DNA of 64,000 bases from the sequence record PZ452581.1; one strand, given 5' to 3'. The stretch is from a phage. The translations under genes and the position numbers were made by a program. Below, in pieces: positions 44,372-54,293 of the stretch; positions within the stretch are counted from its first letter, which is position 1, and each line of letters begins with the position of its first letter. A model generated the notes under the pieces. That model did no database searches. It was not told the DNA's origin and saw only the letters and a program-made list of their open reading frames with translations.

Positions 44372-46636
44372 TCATAATTTACAGGATGAACAATCTTCAG
44401 CTTTTGGAGTTTCTATTTCATAATCATCAGTACCAGAACCATCGCGAGTATTATGATAATAGAAATTTTTTCCGCCAAAATACCAAAAATACAAAAGGTC
44501 ATCAATCATTATTGACATTGGAACCTTTCCTTTTGGAAAAATCTGCGGGTCATAATATGTATTCGCTGAAGCTGATTGACATACCCATTTAAGCATAATA
44601 GCTACCTGCGTAAGATAAGGTTTATTACCTTTCTTAGCTAATTTCCACGTATAATCATAGAGGTCTATGTTATGCTCAATATTGGGCACGACTTGATTAA
44701 AGGAACCCTCTTTTGATTCTTTAACAGAGACTGGTCCACGTGGAGGCTCGATACCGTTTGTACTGTTAGAAACTTGGGAAGATGACTCACATGGCATAAG
44801 TGCTGATAATGTGCTATTACGGATGCCAAAGAGCTTAAGGTCTTCCCGCAGCGACGACCAGTCACAAACGTATTTTGGAGCTGCGATTTGGTCAATCTTT
44901 TTATTGTACCAGTCGATAGGTAATTCGCCTCGAGACCAACGAGTGTCTGAATAATATTCGCAAGGTCCTTTTTCTTTGGCGAGTTTAATGGATGCTTTAA
45001 TGAGTCCATACTGTAATCTCTCAAATAGTTCATGTGTTAAATCGTTAGCATCTTCATAAGAAGCAAAATTACTTGCCAGCCAAGCTGCATAGTTAGTAAC
45101 ACCTACACCGAGATTTCGACGCTTTTTAGCTTTTTCTGCTTCAGGAACTGGATATCCTTGGTAATCCAAAAGATTATCAAGAGCACGAACTTGAACTTCT
45201 GCCAATTCATTAATTTTATCTTGGTCTTGCCAATCGAAGTTATCTAACACAAATGCAGATAACGTACACAGTCCAATTTCGGCATCAGGACTATTCACGT
45301 CATTTGTTGGAATAGCAATTTCACAACACAAGTTGCTCTGACGAATAGGTGCCTTTTCACGAATAAATGGAGTATAGTTATTCGTATTATCAATGAACTG
45401 CACATAAATCCTTGCTGTTCCTGAGCGTTCAGTCATGAGTAATTCAAACAGTTCACGGGCTTTAATACGCTTTTTACGAATATTAGGGTCTTTTTCTGCG
45501 GCTTCATATAATTCACGGAAACGGTCTTGGTCTTTAAAATAAGAATAATAAAGCTCACCACCCATTTCATGCGGACTGAACAAAGTAATGTAATCATTCC
45601 TTCCGAATCGTTCCATCATTAGGTCATTCAGTTGAACGCCATAATCCATATGACGGATACGGTTTTCTTCTACACCTTTGTTATTTTTCAAAACGAGAAG
45701 ATTTTCAACTTCCAAATGCCAAATAGGATAATAAGCAGTAGCAGCGCCGCCACGAATTCCACCCTGTGAGCATGATTTAACAGCAGTCTGAAAATGTTTC
45801 CAAAAAGGAATAACACCAGTATGACGTACTTCACCTGTGCCAATCTTAGAACCTTCAGCACGAATCATACCAACGTTAATACCAATTCCAGCGCGTTTGG
45901 AGATATATTCAACAATTGAAGCGGAAGCCTTATTGATAGACTTCAGCGAATCACCTGCCTCAATAACAACACATGAACTAAACTGTCGAGTCGGAGTACG
46001 ACAGCCAGCCATAATAGGAGTTGGCAATGAAATCTGTCGAGTAGATACTGCTTCATAAAAACGAATAACATGTTTTAATCTATCAACAGGTTCATCTTGA
46101 TGTAATGCCATTCCAATAGTCATAAATGCAAACTGTGGAGTTTCATAAATTTGACCAGTGGTTTTATCTTTAACTAAATATTTTTCTTTTAATTGCATCG
46201 CCCCGGAATAAGTAAATTCCATATCCCGCTCATGCTTAATTTTTGATTCTAAAAATGTAATTTCTTCGGCAGAATATTTTGACAACAATTCAGGGTCGTA
46301 TTTACCTTCATTTACACAGTAAGAAATATGGTCAATAAATGAGCATGGTTCATACTGACCATAAACATGCTTACGAAGAGCGAACATTAAACAGCGTGCA
46401 GCTACGTATTGATAATCAGGCTCTTCAACCGAAATAGAATTCGCAGCAGCCTTAATTACAATGGTTTGAATGTCATCAGTGGTCATTCCATCACGGAGAT
46501 ATGATTTAATATTTTCATATAATTCATAAGGATCTACAGATGTTCCTTCAGCTGCCCAAGATAAAACTTTAATAATTTTTTGCGGGTCAAAGCTCTGAGA
46601 AACACCACTACTTTTGATAATATTAATTAATTGCAT
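44372..46636 (-). CDS. nrdA: Ribonucleotide reductase large subunit
   Basis: 754-aa ORF; size and position as T4 NrdA. Confidence 0.93.
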   Translation of the reverse strand: MQLINIIKSSGVSQSFDPQKIIKVLSWAAEGTSVDPYELYENIKSYLRDGMTTDDIQTIVIKAAANSISVEEPDYQYVAARCLMFALRKHVYGQYEPCSFIDHISYCVNEGKYDPELLSKYSAEEITFLESKIKHERDMEFTYSGAMQLKEKYLVKDKTTGQIYETPQFAFMTIGMALHQDEPVDRLKHVIRFYEAVSTRQISLPTPIMAGCRTPTRQFSSCVVIEAGDSLKSINKASASIVEYISKRAGIGINVGMIRAEGSKIGTGEVRHTGVIPFWKHFQTAVKSCSQGGIRGGAATAYYPIWHLEVENLLVLKNNKGVEENRIRHMDYGVQLNDLMMERFGRNDYITLFSPHEMGGELYYSYFKDQDRFRELYEAAEKDPNIRKKRIKARELFELLMTERSGTARIYVQFIDNTNNYTPFIREKAPIRQSNLCCEIAIPTNDVNSPDAEIGLCTLSAFVLDNFDWQDQDKINELAEVQVRALDNLLDYQGYPVPEAEKAKKRRNLGVGVTNYAAWLASNFASYEDANDLTHELFERLQYGLIKASIKLAKEKGPCEYYSDTRWSRGELPIDWYNKKIDQIAAPKYVCDWSSLREDLKLFGIRNSTLSALMPCESSSQVSNSTNGIEPPRGPVSVKESKEGSFNQVVPNIEHNIDLYDYTWKLAKKGNKPYLTQVAIMLKWVCQSASANTYYDPQIFPKGKVPMSIMIDDLLYFWYFGGKNFYYHNTRDGSGTDDYEIETPKAEDCSSCKL

Positions 46637-46953
46637 AAGTCCTCAACTTGAAAATCGTCTTTAAACAATCGGTTAACTATATGAGCTATTATATCACCAT
46701 GACACGGCTTTGGTTTACATGTGCATCCTAGCCTCATTCCACGTAAAGGCTCTAAATGTGCTTTAGTTATTTCTCCGGATTTAATTCGACGTATAAAATC
46801 TTTTTTGAATAATTCAATGGCAGCCTCCCGGCTGCCAGCATCTTTACCGACGTAATTTCCCCAAAATGTACCACGGTGAATATTAACATCAAAGTCGGAT
46901 TTATATTTATTCACTACCCGGCATAGACGGCCCGCGTGGTAATAATTCGTCAT
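46627..46953 (-). CDS. Hypothetical Cys/His-containing protein (nrdA.1-like)
   Basis: 108-aa ORF; motif [12 protein letters not shown]. Confidence 0.55.
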   Translation of the reverse strand: MTNYYHAGRLCRVVNKYKSDFDVNIHRGTFWGNYVGKDAGSREAAIELFKKDFIRRIKSGEITKAHLEPLRGMRLGCTCKPKPCHGDIIAHIVNRLFKDDFQVEDLCN

Positions 46954-47182
46954 ATTGTTTTTCCGTTAAAACAGTAATATCATAATAACAATCAGAAGAA
47001 GTTTTAACTGTAGAAATTTTATTATCAAAATACTCACGAGTCATTTTATGAGTATAATATTTTTTACCATAAATTATAATAGGCTGTTCTGGTCCTGGAA
47101 CTTCTAACTCGCTTGGATTAGGAAGTGTAAAAAGAACAACACCAGAAGTATCCTTAAATCGTAAAATCATATATCCTCTCAA
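46907..47182 (-). CDS. Hypothetical protein (nrdA.2-like)
   Basis: 91-aa ORF. Confidence 0.5.
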   Translation of the reverse strand: MRGYMILRFKDTSGVVLFTLPNPSELEVPGPEQPIIIYGKKYYTHKMTREYFDNKISTVKTSSDCYYDITVLTEKQYDELLPRGPSMPGSE

Positions 47183-47193
47183 TTAAATTAAAA

Positions 47194-48054
47194 TTACACC
47201 GCCATCTTTCCTTTCAAGACACCATGGGACTGATAATCTTTGAGAACGAAATCTCGTGCTGTCATATATTCAGTTAACCAATACATTTGAGTTTCAGTAT
47301 CGCATTGACTGAATCCATTAGGCCAATTAATACTGAGTTTGCATAGATCCATAGGAGTTCTATTTAATATCTCTTTGCATTGCTCAATATGGTTAGAATA
47401 AATGTGTGTATTACCACCCGAGAATACCAAATCGCCCGGAACTAGTTCACACATGTCAGCAACAATATGCAAAAGAGCAGCATAACTCGCGATGTTAAAT
47501 GGAAGACCGAGGAAAACATCTACCGAACGTTGATACCATTGGAGGTCAAGGTATCCGTTACGCACATTAAACTGATAGAACATATGACAAGGAGGTAATG
47601 CCATCTGCTTGAGTTCAGCTGGATTCCATGCCGACACAATTTGACGCCTATCGTTGGGAAATGTTTTAATACGATTAACAACTTCTACAATTTGATCTAC
47701 ACCACCAAAATCACGCCACTGTTTTCCGTAAATTGGACCAAGTTCACCGCTATGATAACCTAAGTCTTTGGCCTGGTTTTCGTAGTTTTCATCCCAAATT
47801 GTTTTTCCTGCAATTAAAGATCCATGAGTACGTTGACGTAAATCATTTACGTTAGTACTTCCTGATAAGAACCACAATAACTCAGAAATACATGCATTCC
47901 AGGCGAGCTTCTTAGTCGTTACTGCAGGAAAACCTTTAGTTAAATCCCAGCGTAATTTAGTACCGAACAAAGCAATTGTTCCTGTGCCTGTTCGGTCATC
48001 AGTTTCATAGCCATTTTCAAAAATGTCTTTAATTAAATCTTGGTATTGTTTCAT
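47194..48054 (-). CDS. td: Thymidylate synthase (uninterrupted, no intron)
   Basis: 286-aa continuous ORF containing the catalytic PPCH motif. Confidence 0.95.
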   Translation of the reverse strand: MKQYQDLIKDIFENGYETDDRTGTGTIALFGTKLRWDLTKGFPAVTTKKLAWNACISELLWFLSGSTNVNDLRQRTHGSLIAGKTIWDENYENQAKDLGYHSGELGPIYGKQWRDFGGVDQIVEVVNRIKTFPNDRRQIVSAWNPAELKQMALPPCHMFYQFNVRNGYLDLQWYQRSVDVFLGLPFNIASYAALLHIVADMCELVPGDLVFSGGNTHIYSNHIEQCKEILNRTPMDLCKLSINWPNGFSQCDTETQMYWLTEYMTARDFVLKDYQSHGVLKGKMAV

Positions 48055-48098
48055 TTAGTACCTTATATAAATTATAATACATTTTATGAAGCTAATAA

Positions 48099-48446
48099 TC
48101 AATACGGTTTAGCATCAAATTTTCTTTCAATTTCAGGCGTAAAATACAATTCTTTACCACGCTTGGAAAAGCGACCAATAATATGATAATTATTCTCATC
48201 AAACGTGATATTGCCGATATCCATAGCTTTCAACCAAATATCGATATTTCTGTCAAGCTTTATATCAAAATTCCAATACGGAGAACTATTACCGAAAATA
48301 CTACAAGCGGATTCAGTGAAACAACTGCTATAAATCTTGTCTTTAGGAACTACTAATTGATAGACGCCTTTAATAAACTGAGGACCCTGCCATTTTGGTT
48401 GTTTCGCGTCTTTTTCTAATAGAATAGGGTAATAATTAAAATTCAT
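48099..48446 (-). CDS. Hypothetical protein in a frd-td insertion
   Basis: 115-aa ORF with ATG and GGCGGA ribosome-binding site, between the frd stop and td start. Confidence 0.55.
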   Translation of the reverse strand: MNFNYYPILLEKDAKQPKWQGPQFIKGVYQLVVPKDKIYSSCFTESACSIFGNSSPYWNFDIKLDRNIDIWLKAMDIGNITFDENNYHIIGRFSKRGKELYFTPEIERKFDAKPY

Positions 48447-48465
48447 ATTTTCCGCCAGCGTTATT

Positions 48466-49292
<827 letters not shown>

Positions 49293-49303
49293 ATTATCTC
49301 CTA

Positions 49304-49636
49304 TTAAAAAGGATCAGGAACATATCCGCTAGCTTTAATCATTTTAATTAACGTTAACATTCCTTTGTTAACTGCTCGTGAGATTTCATCAAAAACTTCA
49401 TCACTAAAAAGTTCTAACACGCCCTTCTGAACTTTTAATTTACAGCCAATAATTTCTTCATCGCCTATAGTAAATTCATTACCACCAATTCCACCGAAAA
49501 ACTTAATTACGCCAGTTAACTGTCTTCCACGAGAATATGGATCATGTGATAAAGTAATATGAGTCACCCCAGGTACAGTTTTAAATTGACAGCGAATGTT
49601 TACTTGAGCAATTCCAGTTACATGAATGTCAGACAT
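49304..49636 (-). CDS. Hypothetical protein (frd.2-like)
   Basis: 110-aa ORF. Confidence 0.55.
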   Translation of the reverse strand: MSDIHVTGIAQVNIRCQFKTVPGVTHITLSHDPYSRGRQLTGVIKFFGGIGGNEFTIGDEEIIGCKLKVQKGVLELFSDEVFDEISRAVNKGMLTLIKMIKASGYVPDPF

Positions 49637-49646
49637 AATATTTTCC

Positions 49647-49889
49647 TCAAACAGACTTTTTCACAGTTTTCCAATCAGCTTTAAACTGATCAACATCAGA
49701 ATGGTAAATCCAGAATCCTGCGCTTTCTCCATCTTCATAAAGAGGACATCCATCGCATTCATCTTCCCATCCCATATCACGCAAAAGACGTTCAGCTTTT
49801 TCAACAAGTTCAGAATCTTTACCGATGATATTAAAATACCATTTACCTCTAACTTCTGAATCTTTGATGCTTTGGCGTTGTAATCTCAT
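49647..49889 (-). CDS. Hypothetical protein (frd.3-like)
   Basis: 80-aa ORF downstream of an early promoter. Confidence 0.55.
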   Translation of the reverse strand: MRLQRQSIKDSEVRGKWYFNIIGKDSELVEKAERLLRDMGWEDECDGCPLYEDGESAGFWIYHSDVDQFKADWKTVKKSV

Positions 49890-49910
49890 TTTATTCTCCT
49901 CAGTAGTTGA

Positions 49911-49947
49911 TAGGGTAATAGTATCACACTACTACCCTGTTGTAAAC
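49911..49947 (-). promoter_or_regulatory. Early promoter (GTTTAC, 18 nt, TGA-TACTAT) with flanking inverted repeat
   Basis: Minus-strand GTTTAC, spacer, TACTAT; near-palindrome AGGGTAGTAGTGTGATACTATTACCCT spans the -10. Confidence 0.55.
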
Positions 49948-49949
49948 AA

Positions 49950-50252
49950 TTATTTTTGAATTTTATCGAGCCACTTACCAAGCTTAATCATTTCTTTAGT
50001 AGCCTTTTCCATACTTCTGAACTTAACCAATAGAGGATAGGTATCGACACCCATAACTAAACTGGTTACAAGACTGTGTTCACCCACAAGCCATAATGAA
50101 TACGTTTGAATATCGAGTCCGTAATTTCTGTCTTTATGGACCCGTACACCCATCACTTCAAATTTCTCACTAGCTTTTTCTACCGCATCCAGGAAATCAT
50201 CTTTAGTCATATTAGGCCTTAAAAGTTTTTCGCAAAAGTTCAATGATTTCAT
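49950..50252 (-). CDS. Hypothetical protein
   Basis: 100-aa ORF. Confidence 0.5.
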   Translation of the reverse strand: MKSLNFCEKLLRPNMTKDDFLDAVEKASEKFEVMGVRVHKDRNYGLDIQTYSLWLVGEHSLVTSLVMGVDTYPLLVKFRSMEKATKEMIKLGKWLDKIQK

Positions 50253-50613
50253 CTACATTGTTTTCATCAACAATGCAGTGAATTTTTGTTACGTCAGAAA
50301 CCTTGTCTTCGACTTTATCTTCTTCAGAAGTTGGTTCTTTATATTCGCGGAAACAATAAAACTCTTCTTCACTAAGTTCAAAATAATCATCACCCATACC
50401 ATCATCATTATAGATTTCACCGTTAGCACAAATGATTTCGGTTACATAATCAAAGCCATCTAAACTTAATATTGATTTAACTTCAAACCAACCACCATTT
50501 TCTTGAATGATGCCGACCATATTAGCATTTGATGAACTAATATCAATGAAAGATTTAATACGGTGTGGATTTAACTCATATTTTTTGCCGATTTCCATTT
50601 TGATTTTCCTCAT
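50212..50613 (-). CDS. Hypothetical acidic protein
   Basis: 133-aa ORF. Confidence 0.5.
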   Translation of the reverse strand: MRKIKMEIGKKYELNPHRIKSFIDISSSNANMVGIIQENGGWFEVKSILSLDGFDYVTEIICANGEIYNDDGMGDDYFELSEEEFYCFREYKEPTSEEDKVEDKVSDVTKIHCIVDENNVDEIIELLRKTFKA

Positions 50614-50643
50614 TTTAATAGGGGCTTGATAGCCCCTTGATAA

Positions 50644-50895
50644 TTATTGTTCAATCAGTCCCATGTAGAATTCTGCGTCTTCAGAATCCATGCCATCACA
50701 ATATTCATTAGCCATAAAGCGGGTGAGGTCTTCAAGAGGACCTTCAATGACAATAGAAAAATTGCAATAATTGGGATCATCATGAATACTTGTGATACTA
50801 AGTTCAGGATAACGATTACGAATAATCTCTTCAATATATTCAAAATCAACGATGTCAATATCAACTTTAGCCATATTATTTTCCTCTTTAATCAT
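50644..50895 (-). CDS. Hypothetical acidic protein
   Basis: 83-aa ORF downstream of an early promoter. Confidence 0.5.
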   Translation of the reverse strand: MIKEENNMAKVDIDIVDFEYIEEIIRNRYPELSITSIHDDPNYCNFSIVIEGPLEDLTRFMANEYCDGMDSEDAEFYMGLIEQ

Positions 50896-50917
50896 CAGCA
50901 GTATTGCCGATAGTTGT

Positions 50918-50947
50918 ATAGTACCATAAAGCTTTATGCTTGTAAAC
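50918..50947 (-). promoter_or_regulatory. Early promoter (GTTTAC, 18 nt, TGG-TACTAT)
   Basis: Minus-strand GTTTAC, spacer containing the 14-bp palindrome CATAAAGCTTTATG, then TACTAT. Confidence 0.55.
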
Positions 50948-50978
50948 CGTTTTGTGAAAAAATTTTTGAAATAAAAAA

Positions 50979-50997
50979 GGGGACCTCTAGGGTCCCC
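50979..50997 (-). terminator. Rho-independent terminator downstream of gene 32
   Basis: Stem GGGGACC/GGTCCCC followed by UUUUUUAUUU in minus orientation. Confidence 0.65.
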
Positions 50998-51019
50998 AAT
51001 TAATTAGTAATATAATCTA

Positions 51020-51928
51020 TTAAAGGTCATTCAAAAGGTCATCCAGGTCCGTGTCATCAGCACTAGATGAACTGCCAGAGCTTGAGCTCATAAAATCATC
51101 TTCAGTTTTTGTGTTAAAATCATCAACATTGAATGCATCCAAATCATCAGCAACTTTATCAGCTTTCTTAGCAGCAGTTGCAGCGGCACCGCCCATCACA
51201 GCAGTTCCCATAACTTGACCGAATTTAGTATTCAGTTCTTCAAACGATTTGAATTTATCTTTAGAAGTCATTTCAGAAAGGTCAACCATTTGTTCGAACA
51301 GTTCTTTCTGGAAAGATTCATCGTCAATGTTTGGAATCGCAGATTGATTCAGGAATTTAGATTCGTCGTAGTTACTAAATCCAGAAACTTGTTTAACTTT
51401 CAGTACAAAGTTAGCACCTTCCCACGGACAAGTTACATCAACCGGAGTTTCACCCATTTCAACATCAACTGCAATCATTGCGTTGATTTTATCCCAGATT
51501 TTCTTACCGAAACGGTATTTAAATACTTTACCTTCATTTTCTGGAGCAGCTGGGTCTTTTACTACAAGAATGTTAGCCCAGTAAGAAGTTTTACGTTTAA
51601 CAAGACTGTACTCTTTATTGTCAGTGTTGTACAAATCATTTTTACTGATGTACTGACATACTGGACAAGAATCGTAATCACCGTGGGTAGATGAGCAATT
51701 TTCGATATACCATTTACCGTTTTTCTTGAAACCGTGATTTACAAGAATTGCGAATGGTGCTTGTTCATCATTTTTAGACGGAAGAAAACGAATTACTGCT
51801 TGACCGTTACCCGCATTGTCGAGTTTCAGTTTCCACTCGCCTTTATCTTCAGAAGAAAAACCACCTTTATTTCCAGCCAATTTAGCCATTTGTGCAGCGA
51901 GTTCAGCAGTAGATTTACGTTTAAACAT
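51020..51928 (-). CDS. 32: Single-stranded DNA-binding protein (gp32)
   Basis: 302-aa ORF with zinc-binding [14 protein letters not shown] and acidic C-terminus; matches T4 gp32. Confidence 0.95.
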   Translation of the reverse strand: MFKRKSTAELAAQMAKLAGNKGGFSSEDKGEWKLKLDNAGNGQAVIRFLPSKNDEQAPFAILVNHGFKKNGKWYIENCSSTHGDYDSCPVCQYISKNDLYNTDNKEYSLVKRKTSYWANILVVKDPAAPENEGKVFKYRFGKKIWDKINAMIAVDVEMGETPVDVTCPWEGANFVLKVKQVSGFSNYDESKFLNQSAIPNIDDESFQKELFEQMVDLSEMTSKDKFKSFEELNTKFGQVMGTAVMGGAAATAAKKADKVADDLDAFNVDDFNTKTEDDFMSSSSGSSSSADDTDLDDLLNDL

Positions 51929-51962
51929 TTTTATTTCCTTTTTAATTTAATTAACAGTTGGT

Positions 51963-51996
51963 GCTATGACGATGTATGACCTCATAGCTGGTCAGT
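51963..51996 (-). promoter_or_regulatory. Gene 32 translational operator (pseudoknot in the 5-prime leader)
   Basis: Minus-strand ACUGACCAGCUAUGAGGUCAUACAUCGUCAUAGC can form two interlocked stems (UGACC/GGUCA and GCUAUGA/UCAUAGC), followed by an A/U-rich tract before the ATG. Confidence 0.6.
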
Positions 51997-52011
51997 GAGA
52001 TAATTATAATC

Positions 52012-52019
52012 TATTTATA
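52012..52019 (-). promoter_or_regulatory. Late promoter TATAAATA (minus strand) upstream of gene 32
   Basis: Plus-strand TATTTATA about 85 nt upstream of the gene 32 ATG. Confidence 0.5.
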
Positions 52020-52027
52020 ATAAGCAA

Positions 52028-52681
52028 TTAATACTTACAAGATTTCACAGTTTCAATAAAAACTTTTTTAGCTTCCTGTGAATCAATATTTAAAATTTTT
52101 CTATAAGCCTTTAATTTTATAGAATAATTATTCCAGACTAAATTATCAGTCTGTTCATCATGTTTATCAATTATATTTAAAAACGAATCAAGCAAGATAA
52201 ACGTCTCAAACGAAATTATATTTGATTGAAGTAGTTTAAAAATATAACTTGATTGAACTTTTGGATTATACTCAAAAATTTCTTTAAAAGCAGAAACTTC
52301 AACTTTTTTACTAAAATAATAAATGTTGCGAATATCTTCTTCAAACTTAAATTTAATTTGCTTTAAGCGTCCGATATATTCACGATAAAACACAAGTGCA
52401 TCAGCGTCAGAGATGTCACCAATCCAAGCATCTTGGTTAGCAACCAAATTACTTATAAAGATTAAAGCAAGTTCCTTTAATTTATATTTTTCTGATAACT
52501 TCTGGAAAAAATACTTATCCCTTCGCTTTTGATAAGCGGCATCAGACACCCGCATGCACCAATTATACTTAATAACATCATACTTTCCATTCATATGTTG
52601 TTTTATCATTAAGTATAATTTATAAACTGATTTACCATCAATATATCTTTCACCACCAGCAGGCATGCGGAGTTTAATCAT
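52028..52681 (-). CDS. 59: Helicase loader (gp59)
   Basis: 217-aa ORF; size and position as T4 gp59. Confidence 0.9.
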   Translation of the reverse strand: MIKLRMPAGGERYIDGKSVYKLYLMIKQHMNGKYDVIKYNWCMRVSDAAYQKRRDKYFFQKLSEKYKLKELALIFISNLVANQDAWIGDISDADALVFYREYIGRLKQIKFKFEEDIRNIYYFSKKVEVSAFKEIFEYNPKVQSSYIFKLLQSNIISFETFILLDSFLNIIDKHDEQTDNLVWNNYSIKLKAYRKILNIDSQEAKKVFIETVKSCKY

Positions 52682-53016
52682 AGTAGAAAATCTAATGTAT
52701 TAGTTTTTTCACAACGAACAACAGAAGGACGTAAAAGATTTTCGTCAATGGCTTCTGACTGAATTTTTTCAATTATACCCGAAGGAATAAATTTAGCAAA
52801 TTGAGTTTCAGGAATAGAATTTTCTTCCAAGAATGCTGTCGTAGCTTCAAGATAACTCATTCCAAACTCTTCTACCATTTTTTCAATAATAAATCCATTT
52901 TCTTGACGATCAAGAAGCTTTGCGATTTCATCTTTTTCCTTTTTAAGGGAAAGTTCTTTTTCTGAAAGCCCGGCCTCATCGACCGGGCGAATATCATTTA
53001 GAGAAAACTGTGTCAT
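52678..53016 (-). CDS. 33: Late transcription co-activator (gp33)
   Basis: Track start is TTG; the ATG at 53016 gives 112 aa (MTQFSLNDIRPV...), as T4 gp33. Confidence 0.88.
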   Translation of the reverse strand: MTQFSLNDIRPVDEAGLSEKELSLKKEKDEIAKLLDRQENGFIIEKMVEEFGMSYLEATTAFLEENSIPETQFAKFIPSGIIEKIQSEAIDENLLRPSVVRCEKTNTLDFLL

Positions 53017-53263
53017 AAAGTTCAACTACCTCTTCAGTTTCAGCTTCAAACACATCACGGTTATCTTTATGATACAAAGCTAATAGACGATTAAACATCT
53101 TACCATCAACGCCAAGTTCATCTTTAGCACGAATTCGAATATCTTTAATCAGTTCATTATAACCGGAAATTTTCAGTTTATGATCAGATGCTTCTTTAAT
53201 AAATTTAGCCAAGTCTTCGCCGTGGATAGCTTCATCAAATTCAACCATTTCTTTTTTAGCCAT
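52994..53263 (-). CDS. dsbA: Double-stranded DNA-binding protein DsbA
   Basis: 89-aa ORF; size and position as T4 DsbA. Confidence 0.8.
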   Translation of the reverse strand: MAKKEMVEFDEAIHGEDLAKFIKEASDHKLKISGYNELIKDIRIRAKDELGVDGKMFNRLLALYHKDNRDVFEAETEEVVELYDTVFSK

Positions 53264-53271
53264 TATTCACC

Positions 53272-54189
53272 TCAAAATTCATTAATGCTATTAGTTAATT
53301 TAGAAAGACCCGCTTTTACAAAATATGAATAAATTTTGCCACGCGGTGGTAATTTATATGAATTATAGTAATTCACAATGTTTGAAGCAATATTATCAGG
53401 AATATAATCAAAATCAATTAGAACTAAATTTTCTTTATAACGATTATATTCAGATTCTGTGAGAAGCACCTTAGCTTGCTCACGGTCATTAGCAATAGCT
53501 TCAACGATTGAAGTTTTCATTGAAGGAGTTCGTTCACCTTCAACTTTGGTAAACCAAAAGTCAGATCGTACTTTAACTGAAGCAACGTTATCCTTTTTAT
53601 CGCCTTTAAGGATTTTAGTCATACAGTCAATTTCAGCAGAACCGCTTTTAATTTTAACCCATTTCTTATGCATCGGTGACCATTGCTTAACATTTGGATA
53701 TTTGTGAAGTTGAGTAAAGTCACCATCCGATGAAATGATTAAAATCTTGTGTCCTTCTAAAGAGAACTTTTTAACAAGAACAGCAATGTGGTCATCTGCT
53801 TCATACTTATCAATATCCATAACAATGTATGGCATATAAGCTTTCAATTCATCTATAACTTTGTGGCTGGATTCAAAATAACCTTCCCAGTCCCAAGTCG
53901 ATTCTTCTCGTGCTTTTCCACGGTTTTTCTTATAATAATACGCGAAATCACGACGCCAGTATCCAGATTTCGCGTTATCAATACACAGTACAATTTTAGT
54001 GTATCCAAGCGTTTTTGCTTTTTTGACATTAAACTTAATTGAGTTCAATATCAAATGACGAACCATTGATAAATTAATTTTTTCTTTATCTGGGAAGTTT
54101 ACTAAAGCAGTTGAAAGCGCAATTTGACTAAAGTCAATTAAGCAGATTCCTTCTTTGTAATCTTCATCCAGCATCATTTCTAAATCCAT
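53272..54189 (-). CDS. rnh: RNase H (5-prime to 3-prime exonuclease, FEN-like)
   Basis: Track start is TTG; the ATG at 54189 preceded by GAGG gives 305 aa (MDLEMMLDED...), as T4 RNase H. Confidence 0.92.
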   Translation of the reverse strand: MDLEMMLDEDYKEGICLIDFSQIALSTALVNFPDKEKINLSMVRHLILNSIKFNVKKAKTLGYTKIVLCIDNAKSGYWRRDFAYYYKKNRGKAREESTWDWEGYFESSHKVIDELKAYMPYIVMDIDKYEADDHIAVLVKKFSLEGHKILIISSDGDFTQLHKYPNVKQWSPMHKKWVKIKSGSAEIDCMTKILKGDKKDNVASVKVRSDFWFTKVEGERTPSMKTSIVEAIANDREQAKVLLTESEYNRYKENLVLIDFDYIPDNIASNIVNYYNSYKLPPRGKIYSYFVKAGLSKLTNSINEF

Positions 54190-54252
54190 ATGAACCTCGT
54201 TCAATTAGTGAGATTTCTATTATATACCATCCGAATCTTAAAGTAAACAAGT

Positions 54253-54260
54253 ATAAATAC
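54253..54260 (+). promoter_or_regulatory. Late promoter TATAAATA for gene 34
   Basis: Exact TATAAATA about 34 nt upstream of the gene 34 ATG, which is preceded by GGAG. Confidence 0.6.
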
Positions 54261-54293
54261 TTATTATTGAAAACACAATAGGAGCCCGGGAGA

